Positions 45,894 to 60,800 of a DNA stretch of 64,000 nucleotides are shown here, piece after piece. Source of the DNA: Antedon mediterranea (lineage: Eukaryota; Animalia; Echinodermata); contig NC_092672.1 of assembly GCF_964355755.1 (NCBI RefSeq), positions 1,426,001-1,490,000 of the forward strand, read 5' to 3'. The notes beneath the pieces were generated by a model. It ran no database searches. It worked only from the letters and a program-made list of their open reading frames with translations, and was not told the origin of the DNA. The translations under genes were made by a program, and so were the position numbers. Every line of letters begins with the position of its first letter. Position 1 is the first letter of the stretch.

Positions 45894-48800
45894 TTATCTA
45901 CTGGATCGTCGATTTTTTGAGCGTGTTTTTTTATTTGACGATGTCCGACTAGAGGGCGTCGTAGAAATGACTGGGTCCAGGCATACGTCACAGCATTCAT
46001 TACTTGCTTTCTTCTTTTTCTTTTGACAGCCAATCAATGGCGCGCATTCAACTTTCCGACATTGTGGTTGGCCATTCTACAAAATCAAAATATTTTAATC
46101 GTATTATCTTGTGAACAAATTTGATTCAAGACATTCTATCCATTTAAAATGGAAATACATTTTGGCATTAATAAAACAATAAACCTACAAAGAACAAATT
46201 AGGCCTACATCGACTTGCAAAAAATCCAAATACTGATGTATTTGGTGACCTGTTGGTGTTTTCTAACGTGTACGTCACCTGAGTGACAAGTAATAAAATG
46301 GAACCGAAACTAAAACGACAGTTCTTACCTTACAGCGACATGTGACACATGGCATAACGCCTAATGAGTAAATATTCGGGTTCCATTCCTCGCCGTGTCT
46401 GTACAGCTTATCACCGAAATAACATCCTGAATTAGGAAAAATTTTAATAGTTAGTTGTTGTGTGAATGATAAATTATGTTTTTTGCAAACAATTAGATAT
46501 TCAATAAAAAAAAAAGATCAGAGTAGGACTAGACTGAGTTTTAACAAAAGAAATATATCACATATGGCGTTTCATACGTATACGTACCGTAAACACATTA
46601 ACGAAAAAACCCTTCAGTTTGCAAAGTTCACCACAAAAAAAAACAGATCTCAAACTGAAGGATCGATATTTTTTACAAAAGTTCATGTTCGTCTTTTCAG
46701 ATTTCAGAACAAAATAAAAATAGAATTGTGCAAAAGACAATGTACATACCTCGTACAACCTCATCGGCGAGTATAAGGGCTGACGTAGTGAGGTGTGGTT
46801 CTGGTGTTGTTGTAGATGGACAGACTTGACAACAGTCGTCTGGATCCAGTCTAATCGGCCGCTCACATTCAAGAGGAGGACACTTCATACGAGTACAGTT
46901 TACAGATAAATCCGGCTAGAAAATAAACAATAATCAATAATGCTAACATTCATGTATATAGAGGAGAGGGTAACTGTATTATATTGGCCAATCAAATAAA
47001 GGTGCGTTGCGCGTACGGCGTTGCGTTGCGCGTACGGCGTTGCGTTGCGCGTACGACGTTTCGTTGCGCGTATGAGGTTTCGTTGCGCGTATGACGTTTC
47101 GTTGCGCGTACGACATTATGTTGTATTTAAGTGGGGAACCATAAATTATTATGTGTCTATCTTACCTCACACGTGCAGAATGCACAGACAACGTATCCAA
47201 ATGGCGGTAAATATGGATGCCAAGTGCTACCAACTGAGTGAAACTTTTGGTCGCCTTCGAAATAGCAAGCTAAATTAAAAATAAAACATTATTTTAACAA
47301 TTAGATTAATATTGGTGACGTAATTGAGGTCAACGGGTAACTCCTTATTGTTGTTAGTAAATCGTTCGTGCATTGGCAAAATCCGGGTTTGTTGGAGACT
47401 GACGATCTTCTGGTTAGCAAAAATGGCGTTTACAGTGCTTTTCACAATTAAACAGAATTTCAACAATGAAAATAAAAAAGAACTTTAAAAAAGCACATGC
47501 TAATAGATAGTTGAGTAGAATATTATTAAGAATGAATCAGAAAACATGCTTACAATTGTCAGCGTTGTTATCAGCTAATTTACCGGGTGACTGAGTTGAG
47601 CTATCTGCAAAGAAATGACAGATTATAAGAGAAGAATACATGCATTAATAATGGATGATAGTAGGCTTACGGCGAGCTGGGGTATCTCTCCCTGTCGTCC
47701 CAGCATTAATAATGAATGATAGTAGGCTGCCTACAGCGAGCTGGGTATCTCTCCCTGTCAGGCTGTCCCAGCATTAATAATGGATGATAGTAGGCCTACA
47801 GCGAGCTGGGTTTCTCTCCCTGTCCCAGCATTAATACTGGATGATAGTAGGCCTACAGCGAGCTGGGTATCCCTCCCTGTCCCAGCAACCTTCACCCCGA
47901 CTAAAGGGTCTTTCACACCCGATTCAGGCATGGTTCCAGTCCGGCGCCGAAAAATCAATTAATGTTTCGTTTTTACGACGGCTACTTACACCAATCGATA
48001 TGCGCGTAGCCGCGTGAAAACGAAACATTGACGTTCGATTGGTTTGCCAACCAACCGTCCCGGATCACAGGTGTGAAAGACCCTTAACTCCTTAAAAGAG
48101 GTAAGTAATACTGTAAATTTAACAAAACCGCAGAATAACTTTATTACTGGTATTAGAGATATAGAAGAAAAGGTAGTAGTACAGCAAGTGTCTGCTGCAA
48201 AACCTGTATTAATGTGATGATGCATTTAGATTAATTAATGACAGTAACCATTTGATTACGAGCGTAACGCACATTAACATTCAATTATGTCTTCTTTATG
48301 TTTATCCTGAATGTGGAACCGTAGAAATTCGGAATTTAGGCAAGTATAAGCAGCGTAACAAATGATAAAAGGTACGAAATTAAACAAGCTAAATTTCACT
48401 GTAGAGTTACTGAATCTGACGCAAAGCGTGGTTCCCACAGAGACACAACGCAAGCGAGTTGACCAATGATAAGCCATTGTTCAAATAATCCATCGTTTGT
48501 GATTGGTCAAATCACTTACGTTGCGTTACGTCCTTGGGTTGCGTCAATAATGGGAACCAAACTTTAGAAAGGTATCCGAACACGGCAGTGTAGAAGTTTA
48601 TGTGGTAGCTTTCGATCAAGTTGAATGAATGAAAAATAAATTAAAAAAACCAACCTTTTTCTGGCGGACACACAGGGCAGCACTCGCCAGGCCATGTTTC
48701 TGGTGATTGACAGGTCGGTATTGGGCAGACGACACGGTCGCAGATTACTGTGCGCTTCTAAATATTTTGTAAATACAAATATTATATTTAACAAATCGAA

Positions 48801-51800
48801 TTTTTGACACAAAGAACACTAGAGAAAAATTGGAAAACCGAATATTAAAAATTAAACAAATATTAGAAATAAATATTTACTAACCCGACATGTGCATGTC
48901 GTGCATGTGCGATCATAATCAGGCGACCAGAGTGAATTATCTGCCCGCCATTTTTCCTCGAATAGACACGAGTCCGGGTCTGTCTCAGGACTAACGCCAA
49001 TAACACCATGTGATAGATCAATTCTATTGCTTGGATTTCCATTACAAGTATTTGGCAGCAGAATCTAGAAAAGAAAGTTGGCGTTAGTGGAGCTGTGAGT
49101 TGGTTGTTAACGTGCTTGCCGTACAGTCGATCAAAAGGGATACGTGCTCACTACTGTTTTAACTCTACTCCCTAGGTCGCAAATACAGAGTAATATTGGG
49201 TTCCCACTAGAGACGAAACGTAACGTAAATCACAATCGATGGATTATTCGAACTCTCGATAGTCATTGGTCAACATGCTTGCGTTGCGCTTACGTCCTTG
49301 CGTTGCGTCCAAGTGGGAACCAAGCTTTAGCCAAACATAAGCATGATATAGTTTATTAATCCTGCAAGTTACTTTTCTATGTGTATGAACACAAGCTTAG
49401 CTTATAATGATTATGCAAATATTATGCAAATATTATGCAAATATTTTTTTATTTCATACTCATCCAACAGCGAGTAACCCGCCAATTACAGGATGGATAA
49501 ACTATTTAAAATTTCACAAGACAAACATATACACAAGATGCTCTACATAAACAAAGACTTATTATTAAGTCTTTGGGAGTGGAGTTGTAAATTGTCATGA
49601 GAAAAAAACCCTGACATATGACAGGACTTGAACCCAGGACCCTTAGATTGGTAGCCAAGCATCATAACCACCAAGCCACAGCTCCACTCCATATATAGTG
49701 CAATGTACCTGTCCTCGAATTTCTCCATTGCGATGCTGCTTAGTTGTTATCAATAAATAAGCAGTTCCTTCGTTCATATCCAGCAGAAAGTCTTCACTGA
49801 TATCGTTAGCTGTCCCGGCAGCCTAAAACAATTAATGTAAAACAAATAATGACTATTATTAACAGGATCTATTAGGCACATCAATCTGCCACATATTGAT
49901 ATCAATTTTATTTGTTTGTTTTTGGAAAAATGAATCGCATGGCTGTATGAACTGGTAAACTTTAGTTAGCAAACTCAACCGTTCGAGTTTCTCAAGAAAA
50001 GTTTTCCAAAGTTCGCGTAGAGTAGACCAGTTGACAAACTTCAGCAAACTGAAGAAAACACTAGCAAACCTTTGTTCGCAAACTCGATCGAGCAAACTCG
50101 ATCGAGCAAACTCGATCGAGCAAACTCCGAATTTTCCAAAATTTGCTGCAGAAAACAAGTAGAAGTCTACACTAGCACACTTTAGTTTGAAACTTTGGCA
50201 ACATTTCTAGTGTAAACTAGGTTTCAATTTTCACCAACACGTTATACATAGGGCAATAACTGGAAAAAGAATTTAGTAGAGTATCGTATATAGTTATTAT
50301 AATAATCAAAAGTTCCTTGCGTCAGAAGCTGTGACTCATACAAACACATTCTATGAGTAAGTGAGCAAGGGGGGGGGGGGGGGAGTCCCGACAGATGTAA
50401 TGCCACAGATGTTCAATTTCTTCTAATTTATTTAAATGTTTCGATTGTTTTATAACATTATCTGGACATTTGATATTAATACTATTGATTTTTTGTCCTT
50501 GGAAAAATATTAATCATATAAACGATTTTTTATTTCAAAATATGATTTAGCTTGATAGAAAAAGAGGTACATTTTAATCGCTTCGTTTTGGAACATATGA
50601 AGTGGTATCATTTTTCCTTCACTTCAAAGTTACGTTACGTTAAGCTACGTTGCGTTACTTACCATGCCATCTTGGAAAGCGCTCAGTATTTTATATACGG
50701 GTTCGTCATTTTCGTCATAGATCAATAGCTTTACGTAAGCATGGTTACCGTCATTACCAGTGTTCAGACCTACAGTGGTGACTTCATAGTGAAGATTACA
50801 TTCCCTATCGATTGAAAGCCACGCCTGTCCCGCCGCTCCCGTCACTTGCGGTGGGTCGAGATTTCGTCCCGATAGCGGGATCGGTAGACCTAAAAAAAGT
50901 TGTATTAAAAATATTATACATATACTTGTTGTTTTATATAATGTTTAAACCCAATAAATAGCGTCAAGAATCCATAATGCTCTGTCCACACTATCAAACT
51001 AGTTTGATAAAAAAAAATGTGATGTACCCAAATATGGTAGTACATTTTTACATAAAGTTTGATAGTGTAGACAGAGCTTTAGACGCGTCAAACTTCTAGG
51101 CATACCCTTTGTAACGCAAGATGAATGGACGTTTCCATACAACAGGATTCATTTACAAATAAAACAAGTGATAAAAGATACAGTATTCTTTTTTTTAAAC
51201 AGGGGTTGAAGTTTATGGTGAATATTACCAAAAGTGGTGGTCTTTAAATGGAGGTGTGAATTAATTGAATAACTGGTCTTTCATACCTGGGGCGGATTGC
51301 TATAAGCGGTCTATAGCCGGTCTTAGCGCTTAGCCGGCTATAATTCGTGACGTAGCAAGTAGTCTTACATTATAGACCATTGCTATACCGCGGTCTAACC
51401 TGTAAACGGTCTTTAAAATTAAAGCCTACTCGAAGGAGTCTTAAAACAGTCTTAAACCTCTCTTTTTGTTGCTTTTACGTATTATTTATCGTCAAAGACA
51501 ACCAATAGAACGAGTTTTAAGTGTTAAATCAAATAATAACGGTGATTTTATTCTTATATAGCCCTAGAATAGATTTTCTTGCGTAGAAATGTACGTACTG
51601 TTATGATTGTGAATTGAACAAGCGTGACGAACATTACCTTATTTGGTATTCTACGCGCAAAGTACGCCCTCAATTTGTTACTTTACGCGGTCTTATCTAA
51701 GACTGTTTTATAGCAATGGTCTAACAGGGGTGGCTTTAGTAAGACCGTCTATCAGATAAAGCCGGCTTTAATCGGGGAGTTAAGACCATTAGTTAAGACT

Positions 51801-54800
51801 GTTTTATAGCAATCCGCCCCTGTTCCGGTCCGGCGAATCGAATGCCAATGTTTCGTTTTCACGACGCTCCACGCGGCTAAGCGCCAATCGATATGTGCGT
51901 AACCGCGTAAAAACGAAACATTGACGTTCGATTTGATTTGTCGGCGCCGGACCGGAACCGTGCCGGAACAGGTGTGAAAGACCCTTTAGACGTGTAATAT
52001 TTACCAGCGTGACGTGTAATATGTCCATGGTAAGGTAGAGCGGTAATGCGGCCACGTAGTTCGGACTTCTCGTACGCTTCCGTTGCAACATTAATGAATA
52101 GACTGTTCTTGAGAAGAAGTTGGATCTCTTTGGCGTTTGGCTTGCTATATGTTCCTATAGCCTAGAATATGCAAATGAGATGAACATGAATATCATTAGT
52201 TGGTACGTCGAATCCACTAGGAGCACATGCGTATTCGGCTCCACACTAATTGTTGTGATGCGTAAAATCAAAATAAAGAATGTTCGTATCTCGCGAAGAG
52301 ATATGAGATTTCTATCTTTTGGTAGATATGACATAGATTTAACACATTAACAGTGAGAAAGAAACAATGAAACAAACTAGATCATACGGAGATGAACATC
52401 ATTACGTCATTATGGCTGCGCTTACAGGTTATTGTTAGTCAATGAAAATATTATCTTGAACTTACAATGCCATTTTCATAACCTCCAAACAGATCAGCGA
52501 TAACTTTTCGACCATTTCGTCGAACCTTTCCTTCCAAAGTTAGCCCTATGACGTCCGTTTGTAATCCAGTAACTTGAACCTGTTGTAGGGAACATAATGA
52601 ATAGAATTCAAAATATGAAGAAATGTCAGGCTTTAGTAATACCGATTTTTCTTCTATTATTGAGTCGCTATAAACCTATTATGTATCACATTATACTGTT
52701 ATAATTTAAAATCATTACCTATCATCCTAAAACTCTGCCAACACTATCAAACTAGTTTGACAAAAAAAGTGTGCCCAAATATGGCAGTGATATGACATCA
52801 TCATGTCCACATATGGGCACATCACATTTTTTTGTCACATAAAGTTTGATAGTGTAGACAAGGCTTAATGTACAATAAGTTCATAACTGACTGTATTTGT
52901 GCACAGACAATTAAAACCTAGTCTGAATAAACAAAGTGACTCTGTAAAAGCTAAGCTTTTCATTTGACAGGATGTTAGACAATAGGTCTTTTGTTATCTA
53001 AACTTTGACCCTTGGCTTGTGCTACTTAGTTGTTGTTTTACAGTATATGTTATTCATTGGACTTGATAATGACCCCATGATGGAGTCGAAACGTCGTTCT
53101 CTTTTAAGCGTTATTTTTATATTATGCAATTAACAATAATCATTATAAATTGCGCCCCGTATATTCCAAATTGCGCCCCGTATATAAGGATAACTTACTC
53201 GGTAGTTGATGTTGCCTTCGTTGTCTATGTGCAACACAGCTGAACCGCTAGCCCCAGTTACCTTTGGTCGATCAATCGCTTCGCCACCAGAAAGAACACA
53301 TTGCAGAGCTGCAAAGAATAATATACCAACATCAAATGTTTGACCACATGATGTTGATTCATGTGTTGATTGAAAGAAAGAACTAGGCCTACTTACTGTC
53401 ACATGAGGGTCGAGGTGTTATTTGGCCATTGAGTTCTGGAAATACGCCATCTTCGTCGCGTATTCTAATATTCAAATTACCGCGTGCCAGCCACTTCTGG
53501 TGCTGATTGGATACGCCGTCCCACACACCAACGATCTCAACACCCTGTCGAAAAAAGTGAACATCATATTAAATATTGCATTCTTGTTATATTATATAAT
53601 AATTTTAAATAACTATATAATTTTCTTTCCTTTTTTTTACAAGATAGTAAAAGAGACCCGTTAGAAGACCGAAGAAACTATGGACAAAAATGATACAGGA
53701 TGACTAAACTGGTCCACGACAGGAATAATTGATAGAGCGCGCTATGTGTAAAGCCCTGTCTACAATATCAAACTGTATGTGACAAAAAAGTGTGATGTAC
53801 CCAAATATGGTTGTGATATGCTTAAAGGGGGATTCTGGGTTTAAAATTGCTTTTAAATATCGTTTATTTATTAAATAAAAAATATTATAACAATATAGAC
53901 ATGTCAGAATGAAGAAGTAATAACGAGAAATTAAAAAAATTAAATTTCATATACATTTTAGGGTAAATTCATGGAAAGTCTGTTTTTCAGCAGCTTAGGG
54001 AAGCTCATTAATATTCATGAGATATTCACAAAATCACGTCATCAGTGGATTCCAAACTCGCGACGTCAAGCTTGTACGTTGTGTTCTCTCTCCTCTGTCA
54101 AACGACGACCACCCGATCATTGTGAAATACATTTTTTGTAGATTTGCTAAGAAGCTAGGCCTAAAGTGTAATAATAACAGTAGTAGCATATATTTATTTG
54201 ACATTTAATGAAATACAAAATTTAGTACAGATTACGGAGTCATAAATTATACTATTTTTATACCTCGAATTAATAGTACAGATCGTATATCGGCTTCACG
54301 TACTAGGCTAGGCCTAGACTAAATCATTTTATTCATGCCGGGGTGAGAGCCATTTCTGACTAGGGATTCCATGCCACGATGGCCATCATTCATGGGCCTC
54401 TAGCCTATTACTAAACGATTGGCCCATAAATAACAAAACTCAGTGGATTCCAAACCCATTCTATCAACCAAACTCCTAAACAATCTAAACCTAAAACGTT
54501 CTACAAAAATCGGCTGTAAATATTGAGGCAAAACAAGGTCCGATCGCCATCCGCACGTATGGTCTAATAAGTAGGCCTAGTTTACTCTCCAAAAAATCGT
54601 ATACTGCATCAAGTAAGTAGACCGGTAGTAGGAAGGAGGCCTAGCCTAGCCGATCCGGCCCAGTTAAAAATTGAGCTAGCTAGTGTAGTAGACCCTATGC
54701 GAATTGATACTACCAGGCCTTTTACTATAGGCTACACTTGTTAAAATTAGCAATACTGTACTTATGTTTACAAATATTCCAACTCTCTCATTCGAGCTAT

Positions 54801-57800
54801 ATTATCTATACCATTCCGGTAGGTTGAGTCGACCTTCAATCAAATACTGTACATCGTTCATGTTGTGATATAGACGGGGTATACTCGACCCGACCAGTTT
54901 GGTATTGTATACTGTATCTGCTTATCACGTGACGATGCCAGGCATGGGCAGAGAGAGCACGTGTATCGTCATCTCGCTCTCCTCGCTCAGCAGGAATGTA
55001 TACGTTACGCTTCATTGATTTTGAAGGCTTTCCCTAAGTCAGTGCGAAAATCGGCAAACGTAAAGTGCAAACTTATCTAATTTTTCACTGTTTTGATGGA
55101 TTTTCATAGAAAATTGATTTTATAAATGGGAAGACCGACTAAAATTACATCAGATAAGTATAATTTTACAAAAGTAATTGATATGGTTATTGATAACGAG
55201 TCGTCGGAAGATTGACCATTTCACGAATTTCGTATTCTGTAACCACAGTGTGATTTTGCCGTAGCTGCACTTGTAATCTGGCCTCATTTCACAGCCTTCG
55301 TTCTGCTTCACTGGGCGCTTATATAAATTGAAACTTTTACCGTTCAAGAGACAAACAAATATATTTTACATTTTTTACTATTCATTTTAAACCCGGAACC
55401 CCCCTTTAAATATGGTATAGTTATATGACATCATCATGTCCATATATTGTTTTGTCACATAAAGTTTAATAGCGTAGACAGAGCTTAACGATGATGAAGC
55501 GTATTGTTGGTAATATAGTAATAGTAAATAAATATTATACGCTGCCATACGACATGAATTTCAATTTTAAATTACGCACACACACACAACGTCACGAGTG
55601 ATTGAACCAATCACAATTCACAAGTGTTGGTGGTGGTTAGTATTTGTTTAGTAATGTACTTTTAAATAATATGAGTTGAAAGTGACATTTTGGTTGGTTT
55701 ATAACGATAAAAGCAAACATTTAATTTAAATGTGAGATTGTCCAATGCCAAATGTATGAATCATTGTTACGATGATTTATAATGTTTAATGTGACATATA
55801 TTTCGTTGGTGGTGGTAATAACTCAGCGTTAACTGCATTCCACAGTGTACCATTAAACTGTCTACTATTTTTTTGTATTGTAGCAATAATAATAATAACC
55901 TCACACTTTATTACAAAATCAGATAAATCTTATTTATTTCCTTTATGTTTTGTTGAAACATGAAGGAAATAAATAAGATTCCATCCATGTTTGAAACAGA
56001 CGTCTGAAACAAATGCTTTTTGTTTTATTTATTTATCTATCTTATTACACCTTATTTATAGAGGGTGCCCCTAAACAGCGTATGCTGACAATCAAGGGGC
56101 CGGCACTCTTGATTAATGATGAGTTCTGTGTGTGACAGTGGCCGATGTACTAGTACACCGGGGTAACCCCATACTGATCGTATCAAAAGATGTATTAGTA
56201 CACCGGGGTAACCCCCTACTCGTCTCGAAAGATGTACTATTACACCGGGGTAACCTCTTCTCGTCTCTAAAGATGTACTAGTACGGGGTAACCCCTACTC
56301 GTCTCGAAAGATGTACTATTACACCGGGGTAACCTCTTCTCGTCTCTAAAGATGTACTAGTACGGGGTAACCCCTACTCGTATCAAAAGATGTACTAGTA
56401 CACCGGGGTAAGTTCTTCTAAGATGTACTAAGTCCTTCTAAGATGTACTAAGTCCTTCTAAGATGTACTAAGTCCTTCTAAGATGTACTAAGTTCTTCTA
56501 AGATGTACTAAGTTCTTCTAAGATGTACTAAGTTCTTCTAAGATGTACTAAGTTCTTTTAAGATGTACTAAGTTCTTTTAAGATGTACTAAGTTCTTTTA
56601 AGATGTACTAAGTTCTTTTAAGATGTACTAAGTTCTTCTAAGATGTACTAGGTTTTTCTAAGATGTACTAAGTTCTTCTAAGATGTACTAGGTTCTTCTA
56701 AGATGTACTAAGTTCTTCTAAGATGTACTAGGTTCTTCTAAGATGTACTAGGTTCTTCTAAGATGTACTAGGTTCTTCTAAGATGTACTAAGTTCTTCTA
56801 AGATGTACTAAGTTCTTTTAAGATGTACTAAGTTCTTTTAAGATGTACTAAGTTCTTTTAAGATGTACTAGGTTCTTCTAAGATGTACTAAGTTCTTCTA
56901 AGATGTACTAAGTTCTTCTAAGATGTACTAAGTTCTTCTAAGATGTACTAAGTTCTTCTAAGATGTACTAAGTTCTTCTAAGATGTACTAAGTTCTTCTA
57001 AGATGTACTAAGTTCTTCTAAGATGTACTAAGTTCTTCTAAGATGTACTAGGTTCTTCTAAGATGTACTAAGTTCTTCTAAGATGTACTAGGTTCTTCTA
57101 AGATGTACTAGGTTCTTCTAAGATGTACTAGGTTCTTCTAAGATGTACTAAGTTCTTCTAAGATGTACTAAGTTCTTTTAAGATGTACTAAGTTCTTTTA
57201 AGATGTACTAAGTTCTTTTAAGATGTACTAAGTTCTTCTAAGATGTACTAAGTTCTTCTAAGATGTACTAAGTTCTTCTAAGATGTACTAGGTTTTTCTA
57301 AGATGTACTAAGTTCTTCTAAGATGTACTAAGTTCTTCTAAGATGTACTAAGTTCTTCTAAGATGTACTAGGTTCTTCTAAGATGTACTAAGTTCTTCTA
57401 AGATGTACTAAGTTCTTCTAAGATGTACTAAGTTCTTCTAAGGTGTACTAAGTTCCTCTAAGATGTACTAAGTTCTTCTAAGATGTACTCAGTTCTTCTA
57501 AGATGTACTAAGTTCTTTTTCTTCGCAATTTGAAGATATTTACTTTGCAATTAGATTTCTACAAATTAGAGCATCGTAGGAAGTCGTGAATAATTGTAAC
57601 CATTATTTGAGGCGAGTTACAGAAATTATAAAATAAGTATGTTCCCTTGAAAAATAAGTAAAATTCCTTCCTTAATGCAGGGTAAACTAGGGATTAGTAG
57701 TGACTTACTGATTAAATGCGATTTATGATGGATTATCAAATTTTCTCGTATAAACTATAAGTAACGGATTAAAGTGCAGGTTTAGTAATATTTAATATTT

Positions 57801-60800
57801 TCTCACCCATTTCCGTCATATTATTTTATTTAAAAACACATTTTTTTTAAACGTAGGTCTAATTCGATTCTGTATTCGATTTCATGAATTAAAATATTAT
57901 TATATAGGCTACGTATATATGCATATTAAAAATACAATTCAAAAGATTAGCATGATTGCATATATTCGCATACAAAATTATAAATTTCACAAGTCTGTAG
58001 TTATTGTCTTTTTTATGTTAGTCCACCAGTCGGTTTCGATTTTTGTCTGAATACGAGATCATACGTATGAAACGCTATATGTGCCAAAATAATTATCTTT
58101 TTACTAATTTTTTTACTAAAACAAAATTAGAGAAATTACATATATTTCTATTGTGTCCTACTTTCAAAGTTGAAAAAAAAAGAATTATTTTTTAAAAAAT
58201 CCCAGAAGAGTGAATAAAAAAAATCAAAGGAATGTAACACGTACCCATAACATAGAATCAAGTACTTAAGGACACCATAAAGTTCTTGTTTGCTTAAATT
58301 CTTTTGGATTTTCAAGTCTGGAATTAAATAACTTAGCAATCTTATTGGGCACAAGTTTCACTGCCGCCATTGTTTATTTTTTATCCGTTATAAGTGAATT
58401 AGTCTGGAACATCACGTGCACTGGTAATGAGGCATAATACACTACATGTAAGAATGTCTAGAACATGTTTTAATAAAATATGACGTCACATTCTGGGACG
58501 AATTATTTAAAGTTTGGTTCCCACTAGGTCGCGAGGATGAAATTACTTGTGTTGCGCTATTTATTTTATTTATTTAAAATAAATAGCGCTATTCATACTA
58601 TATGGCTAAATTACCGTACTGAACACATATGTAAATATTATCAAGGACACTGAGCACGCTTAGCCAAGATAGGAACTCGTAACAGTCCTTTGATCTTATG
58701 TTTGGCTCAAATACCAACTGTACTGTAATATTCTCTGCGGCGCGCGGTGTCTGTATAAGGAGCGTGCCACAGATAAACCTTTTGATCTCCTGTTGTTAGA
58801 TTGCCTTGGTTATCAATTGATTGTAACTTACGTTCATTCCAACAGTGGTTTTCAATTCTTTCACTACGTCATTCCGTTTACGCAGTTCAACGATGACGGT
58901 GGTTGGCAGGACATGACCAGAGTTTTCAAGAAGTCCGTCCATCAAAACCGCAAAGTTTATTGTCCGGCCATCGTGTGCCGCATTCAGCATCATTATTCCA
59001 CCATAACCCATCGGGGATGCCACCGCTATCCCCTTCCGTGTACGTTTGGTGCTCATAAGTGAACTAAAAGTTTCTAATACCAAAACAATGTTAGAGACGT
59101 TTTAATCATGACAAGTCTCCTATATCTACATTTAAGAGATACTTTCAATCTATATAAGGTACTACCGTAGGTGTTGTATAATAAGCATATCTGAGCTGCT
59201 ACTTTTTGCTTAAGTCATTTAAGAAATGATAAAGTAAAAATCTTAAGCTTATCAAACAAGTTCTTTTTATATCGGAATTGTCATCTTAAGCTTTGTCTAC
59301 ACTATTAAACTAGTGTGATATACCTAATATGGTAGTGATATGCCCAAATAAATATGGTAGTGGTATGACATCATCATGTCCATATATGGGCACATCACAT
59401 TTTTTTTTTGTCAGATAAATTTTAATGTAGACAGAGCTTTAAGGTGAATACGCGTTTCTATGCCTACCATCATTCAGCGCACGATGGCCGAGAATTCTTC
59501 CTCGTACCAACCCATTCTCGTTTGATTTGGTTACCAACGTTACAAATAATGATTTGCTGTGAAGGTATTTTTGGTATATTCCTGATATTCTTCGCCAAAC
59601 ACCACAAACCTAAAAAAAGATGTTTACATAATAATTTAGTGATTTCAAAGATAAAGATAATCGAGTGACAGTAGTACGTGGTTCTAAATTTAATGAGAAT
59701 GGGGCGACTCCACATAAAGGCCAATTTTACACAGACGAGCGGTAACGGTAATAAAAATATAGAATCTATGTTATTCCTTATTATATGACCATTTACACAC
59801 AGCGTGGAGCGGACGGGAGGTTTCCGCCCATGATAGATAGGCCTACAGATTTAACGTTAGATAAGCTACGCGGTTTTCGCGCACCGTTACCACTCGTCTT
59901 TGTAAATTGGAGTTGAGAATTGCAGGTTTCGATATATTTGATCATTTTCAAGAATCAATAGATTTTCTGGTATTAAGAACAAAATAATAGAAACATAGGA
60001 CAAATTCCTTAAGAAAATTTACTTTACACAATCAATATGTAATCATTTTAGATTTAGATCTAGATTTAGACTTTTAGACAATTTTTACTCCATGGTGGTA
60101 AAGTAGTAACCCTTCATAAAGGGGTCAGCACTAAGATAAACCTGAAACTATCATTGGCCTTGGTAACTCATAATACCGTAACATAATATTAAAATATCGT
60201 TATTATTTGGCAACGAAAACATATCATAGACAATAAATTAAACAACTACTAACAGATTTATTTTGTAGATAAATATAGGCCTCCAGTGACACATCGTGGT
60301 TCAGAATAAACAGTATAAATACAAGAATTATGGTTTTAACATTTGGCTTATCAAAACGTGATATTACGGTAGGCTATAAGCCTATTGGCTCTCCTCAGTA
60401 GAACTTTCACATACCATAAGTTCTGGTTCGCTATTTTGGTGGCTCTCTCGTGAGGACCTACAAAATTAGTCTAGGTTCTAGACCGAAATCAGTAAAAAGA
60501 TAAATATGTTGGCACATATAGCGTTTCATACGTACAATACATGAGCTCCCATTCAGACATAAATCGAAACGGACTAATATAAAAAAAAACAATAATTACA
60601 GACTTGGGGCAATTCTAACCTTACAGGCCTTATCTTTATTTCTACTTTCTTATAAATTATATTTTTGTACTGTCGAAATGAATATAATAAATAAAGAGTA
60701 CCGATAAATTGTAAATTAATTTTGTACGTAACTTCACAAGTAAAAGTTGAAAAATCATCGAAAAAATTTGTTTAAGATGTATTATCACGCAAAAAAAGAA

